DNA from: a plasmid | DNA: 64,000 bases | Sequence record: NZ_CP083859.1 | Reading direction: 5' to 3' (one strand) | Part shown: one piece after another, positions 31,527 through 40,119 of the stretch | Numbering within the stretch: position 1 is the first letter of the stretch | Layout of the letters: the number at the start of each line of letters is the position of its first letter | Notes under the pieces: model-generated | The model's database searches: none | What the model saw: the letters and a program-made list of their open reading frames with translations, nothing else | What the model was told of the DNA's origin: nothing | Made by a program: the position numbers and the translations under genes

Positions 31527-32219
31527 ATGTCCCGTTTTATTCTGGGTGACTGCGTGCAGGTGATGTCCCGTTTTCCGGCGCGTGCCGTCGATTTTATTCT
31601 TACCGATCCACCGTACCTGGTTGGCTATAAGGACCGTACCGGCCGCACCCTGGCCGGGGACAACTCTGCCGAATGGCTCCAGCCCGCCTGTCATGAAATG
31701 TACCGCGTGCTGAAAAATGACAGCCTGATGGTGAGTTTCTATGCCTGGAACCGCGCGGATCTGTTTCTGAATGCGTGGAAAACGGCCGGTTTCCGGGTGG
31801 TTGGCCATATCGTCTTTGCCAAGAGCTACGCCTCAAAATCGACGTTCGTGGGTTACACCCATGAGAGTGCCTACCTGCTGGCAAAGGGAAGGCCGCAAAC
31901 CCCGGACCGTCCCATCCCGGACGTGATCCCCTGGAAATACACGGGCAACCGACATCACCCGACGGAGAAGCCGGTGCAGAGCCTGCGGCCGCTGATTGAA
32001 TCGCTCACGCGTCCGGGGGCTATTGTCCTTGACCCGTTCGCCGGCAGCGGCTCCACCTGCGTGGCAGCCGCCGAAGCCAGCCGCCGCTATATCGGGATCG
32101 AGATGCTTGAGCAGTACCACGCCGCCGGCGTTCGACGTCTGGCACAGGTTGAACGGGCAAGAAGGATGCCGGCGGCCAATGACGGCGCGTTTTACCCCGA
32201 CTATCCGGAGGCGGCATGA
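31527..32219 (+). CDS. Orphan N6-adenine (or N4-C) DNA methyltransferase (DPPY motif), leading-region type
   Basis: 230 aa from ATG 31527 with SD agaggag. Motif IV DPPY (FILTDPPYL) and AdoMet motif DPFAGSGST. No partner endonuclease is adjacent. Confidence 0.85.
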   Translation: MSRFILGDCVQVMSRFPARAVDFILTDPPYLVGYKDRTGRTLAGDNSAEWLQPACHEMYRVLKNDSLMVSFYAWNRADLFLNAWKTAGFRVVGHIVFAKSYASKSTFVGYTHESAYLLAKGRPQTPDRPIPDVIPWKYTGNRHHPTEKPVQSLRPLIESLTRPGAIVLDPFAGSGSTCVAAAEASRRYIGIEMLEQYHAAGVRRLAQVERARRMPAANDGAFYPDYPEAA

Positions 32220-32437
32220 ACTACCCGGGCCTTGAACACCTGCGCGCGGACGTGGCCGCGCTCAGCAATGCCATGTGTGACGTGCGGATGCTGCTGAACC
32301 GCCTCGAATCGCAGCACCGGCACGACGCGGCAACGCTTACCGAACGTATGGCTGCGCAGACTCTGCGCCGGATCAACACCCTGCTTCTTGAAGCCTACCG
32401 CGAAGCCCTGGTGCTGGACGAAACCTTTCAGGACTGA
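32216..32437 (+). CDS. Small hypothetical protein (73 aa)
   Basis: ATGA overlap with the methylase stop (translational coupling). Confidence 0.5.
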   Translation: MNYPGLEHLRADVAALSNAMCDVRMLLNRLESQHRHDAATLTERMAAQTLRRINTLLLEAYREALVLDETFQD

Positions 32438-32492
32438 CTGACCCTGCCGGGCTGATGCCCGGCCTGTAACCCCTAACAAGAGAGAAAAAACG

Positions 32493-32915
32493 ATGTACGG
32501 AACCCGCGAAGAACTTTGTGTACAGCTTGAAAACATGTTCACGTTTGACGAACCCCTGGTCCTGCTGGTCTGGACGGAAGAGGGGATTAGCGTGGCCTGC
32601 CGTGAAGCCCAGCCAGAACCGGACGGGACTGAAATCCGGAATCTGATGAAGGCGATCGGCGAAATGAAAATGACGCAATACCGTCAGGAGGGGGTAAATA
32701 ATCTGACTGTCAGCGATCTCCTGGCCCGTCAGCGCGAAGCGGCAAACCGTCAGGTGAGTGTTCCGGCGGTACTCCTGTCCCGCGTCCTGCGTAACTATGA
32801 ATGCGAGCTGGAAAACCGGATCGGTATGGCCTGGGAAGCCGGGCGGCAGGAGCCTGAATCCGTCAGGAATGAGCTGAAGGACGTTCACGCATTACAGGAG
32901 ACGCTGGCCGCGTAA
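32493..32915 (+). CDS. Leading-region hypothetical protein (140 aa)
   Basis: SD agagaaaaaacgatg. No recognisable motif. Confidence 0.55.
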   Translation: MYGTREELCVQLENMFTFDEPLVLLVWTEEGISVACREAQPEPDGTEIRNLMKAIGEMKMTQYRQEGVNNLTVSDLLARQREAANRQVSVPAVLLSRVLRNYECELENRIGMAWEAGRQEPESVRNELKDVHALQETLAA

Positions 32916-33059
32916 GGGAGAGAGCCGGGGTAACGCCCCGGCAACCGGTGGCCATCCACTGCGAAAAGGATGTCAGTGCCTTCCGCTTTTATCCGCCGCT
33001 GCCCTCCGGGCCACGTCGGGACAATGAAACTCCTCTGAAGCTCCGTGCGGTGACGGCAT

Positions 33060-33245
33060 GCGCCGTGACTTCACTGTAGCCCGGCCGCATCGGCCACAAG
33101 GGTTCGCTTACGCCTCCGTCCTCACCCGTTCGCACCCTTCACGGTGCATTCAGCCCGTGAAGGCTTTGCGCTGCGGCTTGCGGCGTCGCCCCTGTGTCCT
33201 CCGCTTTTCGCCGGTCTGTCGTGTCGTCACGGCGATGCCGGAACC
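33060..33245 (+). promoter_or_regulatory. Frpo/ssi-like single-stranded-DNA promoter repeat, copy 3 (more diverged)
   Basis: Shares the central ..CAAGGGTTCGCTTACGCCTCCGTCCTCACCCGTTCGCACCCTTCACGGTGCATTCAGCCCGTGAAGG.. core. Ends about 25 nt before the klcA ATG. Confidence 0.65.
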
Positions 33246-33271
33246 GAGAATATGTTAACCGTGGAGGATCT

Positions 33272-33700
33272 ATGAACCAGACCGTGACCTGTGATGCTGT
33301 TCGTCTTGAGGGTGCGCAGCGCCTGACTTTCCTGCCTGATTTGTTTGGCGGCGATTTTATGACGTCCGAGGCATCCGTGTACGCCTACGCCCAGCGTTAC
33401 TGCCCTGAGTATCAGGGGGGATTCTGGCAGTTTTACCGGCTGCCGGAAGGCGGCGGATATATGGCGCCTGACGTGGAGAGCCTGACCCTGTGCAATCCGG
33501 ACAACTGGTTTGAGCAGACTGTCAGCGGGGAAGTGGCGGGGATCATCCTCACGGCGCTGGTACTGAATCACCGGAGCTGGCACCACAGCAACCATGACCA
33601 TGAAGAACTGTGCCGCCACTTCTGCCGTCGCTATGAGCAGCTTATGGCATTTGCTGACACCCATCCGGAAAGCGCCACCATCTGGCGTGCCCTTGACTGA
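33272..33700 (+). CDS. klcA: Anti-restriction protein KlcA/ArdB family
   Basis: 142 aa from ATG 33272 with SD ggagga. Collinear with KlcA (..LTFLPDLFGG..YAYAQRYCPEYQGGFWQFYRLPEGGGYMAPD..). The N-terminal extension in the track (from 33194) overlaps the Frpo repeat. Confidence 0.8.
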   Translation: MNQTVTCDAVRLEGAQRLTFLPDLFGGDFMTSEASVYAYAQRYCPEYQGGFWQFYRLPEGGGYMAPDVESLTLCNPDNWFEQTVSGEVAGIILTALVLNHRSWHHSNHDHEELCRHFCRRYEQLMAFADTHPESATIWRALD

Positions 33701-33742
33701 CTGACCACGGGCGGCGATGCCGCCCGATAAAAGGAGAAAAAC

Positions 33743-34153
33743 ATGATTGGTACAGCAAGAGAAATTGCCCTTGAAATGTTCAGACATTCCGACCTCGATG
33801 GCGAGAAATACGTTTTCGCCTGCTGGAATCGAAATGACATTCGTTGCGTCTGCCTTGACTGGGATTTAACCGATGAGGAACTGGATGAAGTCCTGCGTCG
33901 GCTAAGCTCATGCCTTGAAAGTGGCGCTGATATCGGCCAGATACGGGCGATTGTCGAAACCATGCTCGATGAGCGACGCGAGAAGCGAACCGTGACTATT
34001 CCCGCGAAATCGCTGGCCTTAGTCATGCAGCTTGCAGGACGGGAGATGCAACGTATCGCAGTATGCGCGGAGGATGGCGGCGGATCAGCTGAAGAAACCC
34101 TGAAAGAAGAAAACGACGTCATGATGCGCCTGCGCGAGGCGCTCGATGCCTGA
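33743..34153 (+). CDS. Leading-region hypothetical protein (136 aa, acidic)
   Basis: SD aaggagaaaaacatg. Confidence 0.55.
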   Translation: MIGTAREIALEMFRHSDLDGEKYVFACWNRNDIRCVCLDWDLTDEELDEVLRRLSSCLESGADIGQIRAIVETMLDERREKRTVTIPAKSLALVMQLAGREMQRIAVCAEDGGGSAEETLKEENDVMMRLREALDA

Positions 34154-34324
34154 CAGAAAAGCCGGAGGCATTGCCTCCGGAAGTCATGATGCAGGTACTC
34201 GACGGCTATCCGTCCTTTGCAGCACTGGCTGCACACCCGAAACGTATTACCGGTTAACCGGGTGCCGTGACCGGATCGCACTCCGGCCACGGCGGACCAT
34301 CACTTAAACACAGGAGTAAAAATC

Positions 34325-36337
34325 ATGGCCGCCACCAATACTACGGCAAAAAAAACTGCGAAATCCACCTCTGCGAAAAAGACAGCGGAGAAAATCGCGC
34401 AGACTACCGAGCAGAAGCTCGTCCGGCTGCTCGCTGATACGCCCGTGCAAATCTTCCCGTACTCCCGCCTGTCACACACTGACTTAAACACGCGCATCAT
34501 TCCGCATACCGATCAGGAAGTGGAAGAGATGGCAGACAGCATTCAGGCAATGGGCATCCTCCAGAACCTGATCGGTGCAGAACTGCCGGACGGTACGATC
34601 GGCATTGTCGGCGGGGAAGGTCGCCGCAGAGGCACAGGCATTCTGGTGATGCGCGGTGTGCTCGATGCAGACACGCCGTTTGTTCCGGTGAAAGTCCTGC
34701 CCGTTGAGATGGCTGTGGCGGCCTCGATGATCGAGAACGGTCGACGTAAAAACATGCATCCCGCCGAGCAGATTATCGGTTTTCGTACCCTTCAGCAGGA
34801 AGGTAAAACGTCCTCTCAGATCGGCGCACTGATGGGCTATCACCCGCGCCACGTTCAGCGCTGCCTGAAGCTGGCGAATCTTGCCCCCTCCCTGCTGGAT
34901 GCGCTGGCGCGGGATGAAATCTCCCTTGAACAGTGTGAAGTCCTGACACTTGCTGATACTCATGAGCGTCAGGAGCAGGTCTGGAAAGAGGCTGTTGAAC
35001 AGTGGCGCGATCCTGCCGTACAGACTCTGCGCAAAATGGTGACCGACGACAAGATGGCCATCAGTCACCCTATGTTTGAGTATGTGGGTGAGGAAGCCTA
35101 TACCGCCGCTGGCGGTACGCTGACCGCCGACCTGTTCAGCGACAGGGACAGCACCTTTGCCGATGCGGCGCTGGTGAAATCTCTGCTGGCTGGCAAGCTC
35201 ACCGTGCTCGCCGCTCGCGTTAAGCAGGAGCAGGGCTGGGGCTGGGCTGAGTTCCGTATGACGGAACTGCGTGCCAGCGGTGAGGACGGTGAACAGTACC
35301 GTTTTGCGATGCCGAAAGCTGTCCTGACGGAAGAAGAACAGAAGCGCGTCAGTGAGCTGGAAGAACAAAGGGATGCCACTGAAAGCTACGATTACGAATA
35401 CGAGCTTCAGCAGGATATCGATGACATTTACTGCGAGGCGCAGTACCGCGAAGCCACGCCGGAATTTCGCGCCGCGCACGGAATCTGGGTGTCATGGGAC
35501 GGTAGCAATTTTCAGGTTCAGCCTGGTATCCGCAAGCTGACCGACGAAGACCGGGTAGCTGAAGAACAGGCGCGTCAGGAACGTGAAAGCAATGTGATCA
35601 GACACACCACGCCTGAAATTCCCGCCGACGCCTATCCGGCAACGCTGGTAAAAGCTATGTCAGCCGAACGGACTCTCGCCGTTCAGGCCGAACTGGCGGG
35701 TCGTCCCGACGTATCGGTGGCGCTGCTGACGTGGACACTGTGCCTCAGTATGTTTGACCGCAGCTACGGTAAACGCAGCGAACCGCTGAAAGCCTCCGTG
35801 TCCTCGAATCAGTATCACCTTGCATCACTGGCTCCATCCGGTGAAGAAGGGAAGGCGCTGACGGCGCTCAAAGCGCAGAAAGAGGCGCTTCAGGCAACGC
35901 TGCCCGAAAACTGGCATCTCGATTTCACGTGGCTGCTTTCATGGTCAGCGGAGCAGGTGAACACCCTGCTGGGATTCTGTGCCGCGCACGGTATCAACGG
36001 TATTCAGGAACGTATGTACAACCATACGCAGAAAAGCGAACTGGACGGGCTGGAAGCGGCGCTGGACTTTGACCTGCGCAAATGGTGGCAGCCGGATGCT
36101 GAGAGCTACTTCGGCAAGCTCACCATCGCCCAGATTGGCAAAGCCTACGAAGAAGCCGGACTCAGTGCCCGCGCCGGAGAGATTGTGAAGCTCAAGCGCC
36201 GCGATGCGGCGAAGGCCGCCGAGCAGGATCTGAATGCTCAGGGCTGGCTGCCTGACTGGATGGTGCGCACATCACCAACCGCTGAGGCTGAAGAAGCCAC
36301 CGAAACCGACGCTCACACCACTGACCACGCTGCTTAA
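34325..36337 (+). CDS. Large ParB/Srx-like nuclease-domain protein (670 aa), leading-region type
   Basis: N-terminal ParB-like fold with HTH (..RLSHTDLNTR..GRRR..ENGRRKN..QCLKLANLAPSLLDAL..) and a long acidic C-terminal extension. Confidence 0.7.
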   Translation: MAATNTTAKKTAKSTSAKKTAEKIAQTTEQKLVRLLADTPVQIFPYSRLSHTDLNTRIIPHTDQEVEEMADSIQAMGILQNLIGAELPDGTIGIVGGEGRRRGTGILVMRGVLDADTPFVPVKVLPVEMAVAASMIENGRRKNMHPAEQIIGFRTLQQEGKTSSQIGALMGYHPRHVQRCLKLANLAPSLLDALARDEISLEQCEVLTLADTHERQEQVWKEAVEQWRDPAVQTLRKMVTDDKMAISHPMFEYVGEEAYTAAGGTLTADLFSDRDSTFADAALVKSLLAGKLTVLAARVKQEQGWGWAEFRMTELRASGEDGEQYRFAMPKAVLTEEEQKRVSELEEQRDATESYDYEYELQQDIDDIYCEAQYREATPEFRAAHGIWVSWDGSNFQVQPGIRKLTDEDRVAEEQARQERESNVIRHTTPEIPADAYPATLVKAMSAERTLAVQAELAGRPDVSVALLTWTLCLSMFDRSYGKRSEPLKASVSSNQYHLASLAPSGEEGKALTALKAQKEALQATLPENWHLDFTWLLSWSAEQVNTLLGFCAAHGINGIQERMYNHTQKSELDGLEAALDFDLRKWWQPDAESYFGKLTIAQIGKAYEEAGLSARAGEIVKLKRRDAAKAAEQDLNAQGWLPDWMVRTSPTAEAEEATETDAHTTDHAA

Positions 36338-36374
36338 TACCGGAGGCCGCCGCCTTCGGGCGGCGGGAACAGAC

Positions 36375-36809
36375 ATGACTATGCAATATGACCTGAACCA
36401 AATCAACAAACTGACCGCCTCCGACCTGGAGTTTATCCGTCAGCAGGGCGAGGACGCGCGCCGCGCCCTCAGCGATACCGTGACCGGCCTCCTGTCGACA
36501 CCAGAAGGATGGCGCGTCTGCGCCGAATACCGCAGCGAGTTCGGCGGCTTCTTCCCCGTCCAGTGCCGCTTCAGCGCGGACGGCAGCGATGACTGGCATC
36601 TGTGCGTGTGCAGCCCCGGCGAAGTCTCGCCTTACTGGCTTCTGGTACTGCTCTCCTCCGGCGGGGAAGTGGTGCGTACCCTTTACCAGAGTGACACGCT
36701 ACAGCCTGACCGGATAAGCCAGCTGATCGCGCAGCTGGCAGGTATGCGCCGCTTTAACTGCACTGCCCGCACCGTGGCGAACCTGATGAGCGGGGATGTG
36801 ACAGCATGA
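36375..36809 (+). CDS. psiB: Plasmid SOS inhibition protein PsiB
   Basis: 144 aa from ATG 36375. Collinear with F PsiB (..EYRSEFGGFFPVQCRF..HLCVCSPGEVS..WLLVLL..GGE). The track start 36234 is an upstream alternative codon. Confidence 0.9.
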   Translation: MTMQYDLNQINKLTASDLEFIRQQGEDARRALSDTVTGLLSTPEGWRVCAEYRSEFGGFFPVQCRFSADGSDDWHLCVCSPGEVSPYWLLVLLSSGGEVVRTLYQSDTLQPDRISQLIAQLAGMRRFNCTARTVANLMSGDVTA

Positions 36810-37534
36810 TCCCATCCTCACACGCGCTCGTTTCCCTGAAGCCCGCCCGTCAGGCTGCAATACAGGCTATCAGCCATGTTGAGTCTGCCCGCGAACGCGG
36901 CGCACGACTGCCCGCCATGCCGTATGTGCGTACCTTTCTGCGTCTTCTCACGGGCAGCGGACGCCTCAACGCCACGGTGGCCAGTAAAATACCTGGCCTG
37001 CACTGGGTGCCAAATAACCGTCATTCGAACCTGAAACAGGTCGAGGAGGCGCTTAACACGATGATCGCCACCAGTGGCGAAGCCTGCCCGCTGCCGCTCA
37101 CGATTGACGTACAGGCCGAACTGTTTCCTGAGGTCATGCACACCCGCACGGGTCGACGGCTGCACCGGTCCGGCATTAAGACCACGCGCCAGCTGCGCCG
37201 CCAGTCCCGTGAGTACGAACAGCACTGGAAACTGCGCCAGAACCTGCTGGAGCAGGCGAAAATTGACCTGAATTTTCAGTCTCCGGAAACCGTCTGCACC
37301 TGGTACACCCGGTGGAGCGACGAGTTTGACGCGGCAGAGCTTGCCGGACCGTTCTGGCGCTGGCAGTCGCGGTTCGCGTCGCTGAAGGAACTTGACTGGC
37401 TTCGCATCAGCGGTGAGCCGCTGTATACAGTGATGTATGAAATCCCGTTTATTGTCCGAGAAACACCTGAGCATGTTCGTGTCGCTGAACGCTGGCAGGT
37501 GCCAAATAAGCTGGCTGACCGGAGCGGTGTATGA
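36806..37534 (+). CDS. psiA: PsiA
   Basis: 242 aa. Starts with ATGA overlap on the psiB stop, standard psiB-psiA arrangement. Confidence 0.85.
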   Translation: MIPSSHALVSLKPARQAAIQAISHVESARERGARLPAMPYVRTFLRLLTGSGRLNATVASKIPGLHWVPNNRHSNLKQVEEALNTMIATSGEACPLPLTIDVQAELFPEVMHTRTGRRLHRSGIKTTRQLRRQSREYEQHWKLRQNLLEQAKIDLNFQSPETVCTWYTRWSDEFDAAELAGPFWRWQSRFASLKELDWLRISGEPLYTVMYEIPFIVRETPEHVRVAERWQVPNKLADRSGV

Positions 37535-37857
37535 AGTGGCGCTATTCCCTGCGCTGGAAATTGCCGCACAAGCCCTGCCCAGGTCTACTGGAGCTGGTTT
37601 CAGTTGTCGTGGAGGCAGGGCAGGCGGCACCTGAGGAGGTGATGGCACGCTGGGTTGCTGGCTCAGGTTACGCTGTTTGCGTGGATTTTCTCGGTCAGAA
37701 ACAGATCCAGCGCTGGAGCGATGAACGGAAAGCCGCAGTGAGAAGGCGCAATATGCAGGCACGGATTAATCGTGTTGCCCCTTTGTTTGCCGATGAGTTA
37801 ATCGAGCGTGAGCTGGCTGCAAGTCAGGCATATTTCAATGGCAAGTCCGCCCGATGA
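37531..37857 (+). CDS. Hypothetical protein (108 aa) translationally coupled to psiA
   Basis: ATGA overlap with the psiA stop. Confidence 0.45.
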   Translation: MKWRYSLRWKLPHKPCPGLLELVSVVVEAGQAAPEEVMARWVAGSGYAVCVDFLGQKQIQRWSDERKAAVRRRNMQARINRVAPLFADELIERELAASQAYFNGKSAR

Positions 37858-37912
37858 ATCAGATACAATGTTGTCTGACTGCTCAGACAAAACATATAAG
37901 GAAAGCAGAATT

Positions 37913-38287
37913 ATGAGGTACTGGTTGCTCGTTATCTTCCTGAACGTGCTGTTCTATTTAATCGTTAAGCATGCTGCGCCAGAATGGCATGGTACGCCTG
38001 GTTATTATGCAGGCCAGATCATCTGCACACTAATAGCTCTGGTCATCACATGGCGTGATCCGCCTGGCTGGTTAAATGAAATCCTGCTCGGCGTAATGAA
38101 ATACGGAGTTCTGAGTGCCGGGATCATCTTCTTTGTCTGGGGCGTCGGGTACAAGCTGGCATTCTGGGGGCAGGGTAATTCTGATGCCGAATTTGTAAGT
38201 GCATTTGACGTCATTTTGCCCAATCTTGCGCTGGTCACGGGCGTAGTGATCGCGGGATGGGGATACCTGAGATATTTCAGGCGTTAA
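37913..38287 (+). CDS. Small inner-membrane protein (124 aa, 4 predicted TM helices)
   Basis: ATG 37913 with SD aaggaaag. The track start 37808 lacks SD. Confidence 0.55.
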   Translation: MRYWLLVIFLNVLFYLIVKHAAPEWHGTPGYYAGQIICTLIALVITWRDPPGWLNEILLGVMKYGVLSAGIIFFVWGVGYKLAFWGQGNSDAEFVSAFDVILPNLALVTGVVIAGWGYLRYFRR

Positions 38288-38490
38288 GCAGCATAAAGCG
38301 TGGATATACCTGGTAAGAAAGAGCACCTGCCCGGTATAATCGACGTGGCGCTTGAGGCTTTTTGCCTCATGACGTGAAGGTGGTTTGTTGCCGTGTTGTG
38401 TGGCAGAAAGCAGAAAGCCCCGTAGTTAATTTTCATTAACCCATGTACTGCACCCATTTTGTTGGACGATGAAATGGAATAGTCCCTGAT

Positions 38491-39012
38491 ATGTCAAAGC
38501 CAAAATACCCCTTCGAAAAGCGCCTTGAAGTCGTGAATCACTACTTCACAACTGATGATGGTTACAGGATCATCTCTGCACGTTTTGGTGTGCCTCGAAC
38601 CCAGGTCAGGACGTGGGTTGCCCTCTATGAAAAACATGGAGAAAAAGGTTTAATTCCCAAACCTAAAGGCGTTAGTGCTGATCCAGAGTTGCGCATTAAG
38701 GTCGTGAAAGCCGTGACCGAGCAGCAGATGTCCCTCAATCAGGCTGCTGCTCACTTTATGCTTGCTGGTAGTGGTTCTGTAGCCAAGTGGCTGAAAGTCT
38801 ATGAGGAGCACGGAGAAGCTGGTTTACGCGCACTCAAGATCGGCACCAAAAGAAACATTACAATGTCAGTTGATCCAGAAAAAGCGGCGTTAGCATTGGA
38901 GCTGTCGAAAGACCGACGTATTGAGGATCTTGAAAGACAAGTTCGATTCCTTGAAATGCGGCTTACGTATCTAAAAAAGCTGAAAGCCTTAGCTCATCCC
39001 GCGAAAAAGTGA
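38491..39012 (+). CDS. insJ: IS150 OrfA (HTH DNA-binding transposase N-terminal part, InsJ)
   Basis: 173 aa, HTH plus leucine zipper. Confidence 0.85.
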   Translation: MSKPKYPFEKRLEVVNHYFTTDDGYRIISARFGVPRTQVRTWVALYEKHGEKGLIPKPKGVSADPELRIKVVKAVTEQQMSLNQAAAHFMLAGSGSVAKWLKVYEEHGEAGLRALKIGTKRNITMSVDPEKAALALELSKDRRIEDLERQVRFLEMRLTYLKKLKALAHPAKK

Positions 39013-39860
39013 AAGTACTCAACGAGCTAAGGCAGTTTTACCCTCTTGATGAGCTTCTCAAGGCAGCGGAGATACCGCGCAGTACGTTTTATTACCATCT
39101 AAAGGCTCTCAGCAAGCCTGATAAGTATGCGGATGTTAAAAAGCGTATTGGTGAGATTTATCACGAGAATAAAGGTCGTTACGGATACCGTAGGGTAACG
39201 TTGTCTCTCCATCGAGACGGGGAACGGATTAACCATAAAGCCGTTCAGCGCCTGATGGGAACCCTCTCGCTTAAGGCAGCGATTAAGGTCAAACGATACA
39301 GCTCCTACAGAGGAGAGGTAGGGCAAACCGCCCCCAATGTTCTCCAAAGGGATTTCAAGGCTACACGGCCAAACGAGAAGTGGGTTACCGACGTTACTGA
39401 ATTTGCAGTCAATGGGCGAAAGCTGTATTTGTCTCCAGTAATAGATCTCTTCAACAACGAAGTTATTTCTTACAGCCTGTCGGAAAGACCTGTGATGAAC
39501 ATGGTCGAGAATATGCTCGATCAGGCATTCAAAAAGCTTAAGCCTCACGAGCATCCTATTCTGCACTCTGACCAGGGATGGCAGTATCGTATGAGAAGGT
39601 ATCAAAACATCCTTAAAGAACAAGGCATTACACAGAGCATGTCCAGAAAAGGCAATTGTCTGGATAATGCAGTCGTGGAATGTTTCTTTGGAACCTTAAA
39701 GTCGGAGTGTTTTTATCTTGACGAGTTCAGTAATATAAGCGAACTGAAGGATGCTGTTACGGAATATATTGACTACTACAACAGCAGAAGAATTAGCCTG
39801 AAATTAAAAGGTCTGAGTCCAATTGAATATCGAACCCAGACCTATGTGCCTCGTGTTTAA
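39009..39860 (+). CDS. insK: IS150 OrfB (DDE catalytic part, InsK; expressed as OrfAB by -1 frameshift)
   Basis: 283 aa, DDE(35)E integrase core (..WVTDVTEF.., ..HSDQGWQY.., ..[15 protein letters not shown]..). Confidence 0.85.
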   Translation: MKVLNELRQFYPLDELLKAAEIPRSTFYYHLKALSKPDKYADVKKRIGEIYHENKGRYGYRRVTLSLHRDGERINHKAVQRLMGTLSLKAAIKVKRYSSYRGEVGQTAPNVLQRDFKATRPNEKWVTDVTEFAVNGRKLYLSPVIDLFNNEVISYSLSERPVMNMVENMLDQAFKKLKPHEHPILHSDQGWQYRMRRYQNILKEQGITQSMSRKGNCLDNAVVECFFGTLKSECFYLDEFSNISELKDAVTEYIDYYNSRRISLKLKGLSPIEYRTQTYVPRV

Positions 39861-39960
39861 CTGTCCAACTTTTTGGGGTCAGTACACCACGAGGCCACCT
39901 GTATGCCTAGACAACATCAGGATAGCCTCTTAGATGCCGCAAGGCAAGGAGAAGAAGGCC

Positions 39961-40119
39961 ATGAAACTGCCACGAAATACCCTGCTCTGGTGCGTATTAA
40001 TAGTGTGTCTCACACTGCTGATATTCACTTACCTGACACGGAAATCGCTCTGCGAAATCCGATACAGGGACACGAACAGGGAGGTGGCAGCTTTTATGGC
40101 TTACGAATCCGCTAAGTAG
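39961..40119 (+). CDS. hok: Hok/FlmA-family membrane toxin (type I TA), 5' mRNA leader separated by the IS150 insertion
   Basis: 52 aa ([52 protein letters not shown]). The overlapping mok frame begins inside the IS right end. The upstream half of the hok mRNA leader lies at 38330–38443 on the other side of the IS. Confidence 0.85.
   Translation: MKLPRNTLLWCVLIVCLTLLIFTYLTRKSLCEIRYRDTNREVAAFMAYESAK

Larger units (their letters stand above)
38444..39886 (+). mobile_element. IS150 (IS3 family, 1443 bp) with imperfect terminal IRs and a 3-bp target duplication CCA
   Basis: Left end TGTACTGCACCCATTTTGTTGGAC, right end GTCCAACTTTTTGGGGTCAGTACA (IR match at about 20 of 26 positions). Flanking CCA at 38441–38443 and 39887–39889. 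Two overlapping ORFs of 173 and 283 aa with an A_AAA_AAG -1 frameshift site at ~39003. Confidence 0.85.

Noticed and set aside
33227-35479. Minus-strand ORFs 33227..33787, 33631..34290, 34484..35479
   Set aside because: Antisense to klcA, the 136-aa ORF and the ParB-like gene. They are Arg/Ser-rich antisense artefacts.
36818-37762. Minus-strand 314-aa ORF
   Set aside because: Antisense to psiA. No SD.
39873-40115. 80-aa ORF overlapping hok in another frame
   Set aside because: This is the mok reading frame of the hok/sok system. Its 5' end is displaced into the IS150 right end, so it is not an independent gene and is reported under hok.
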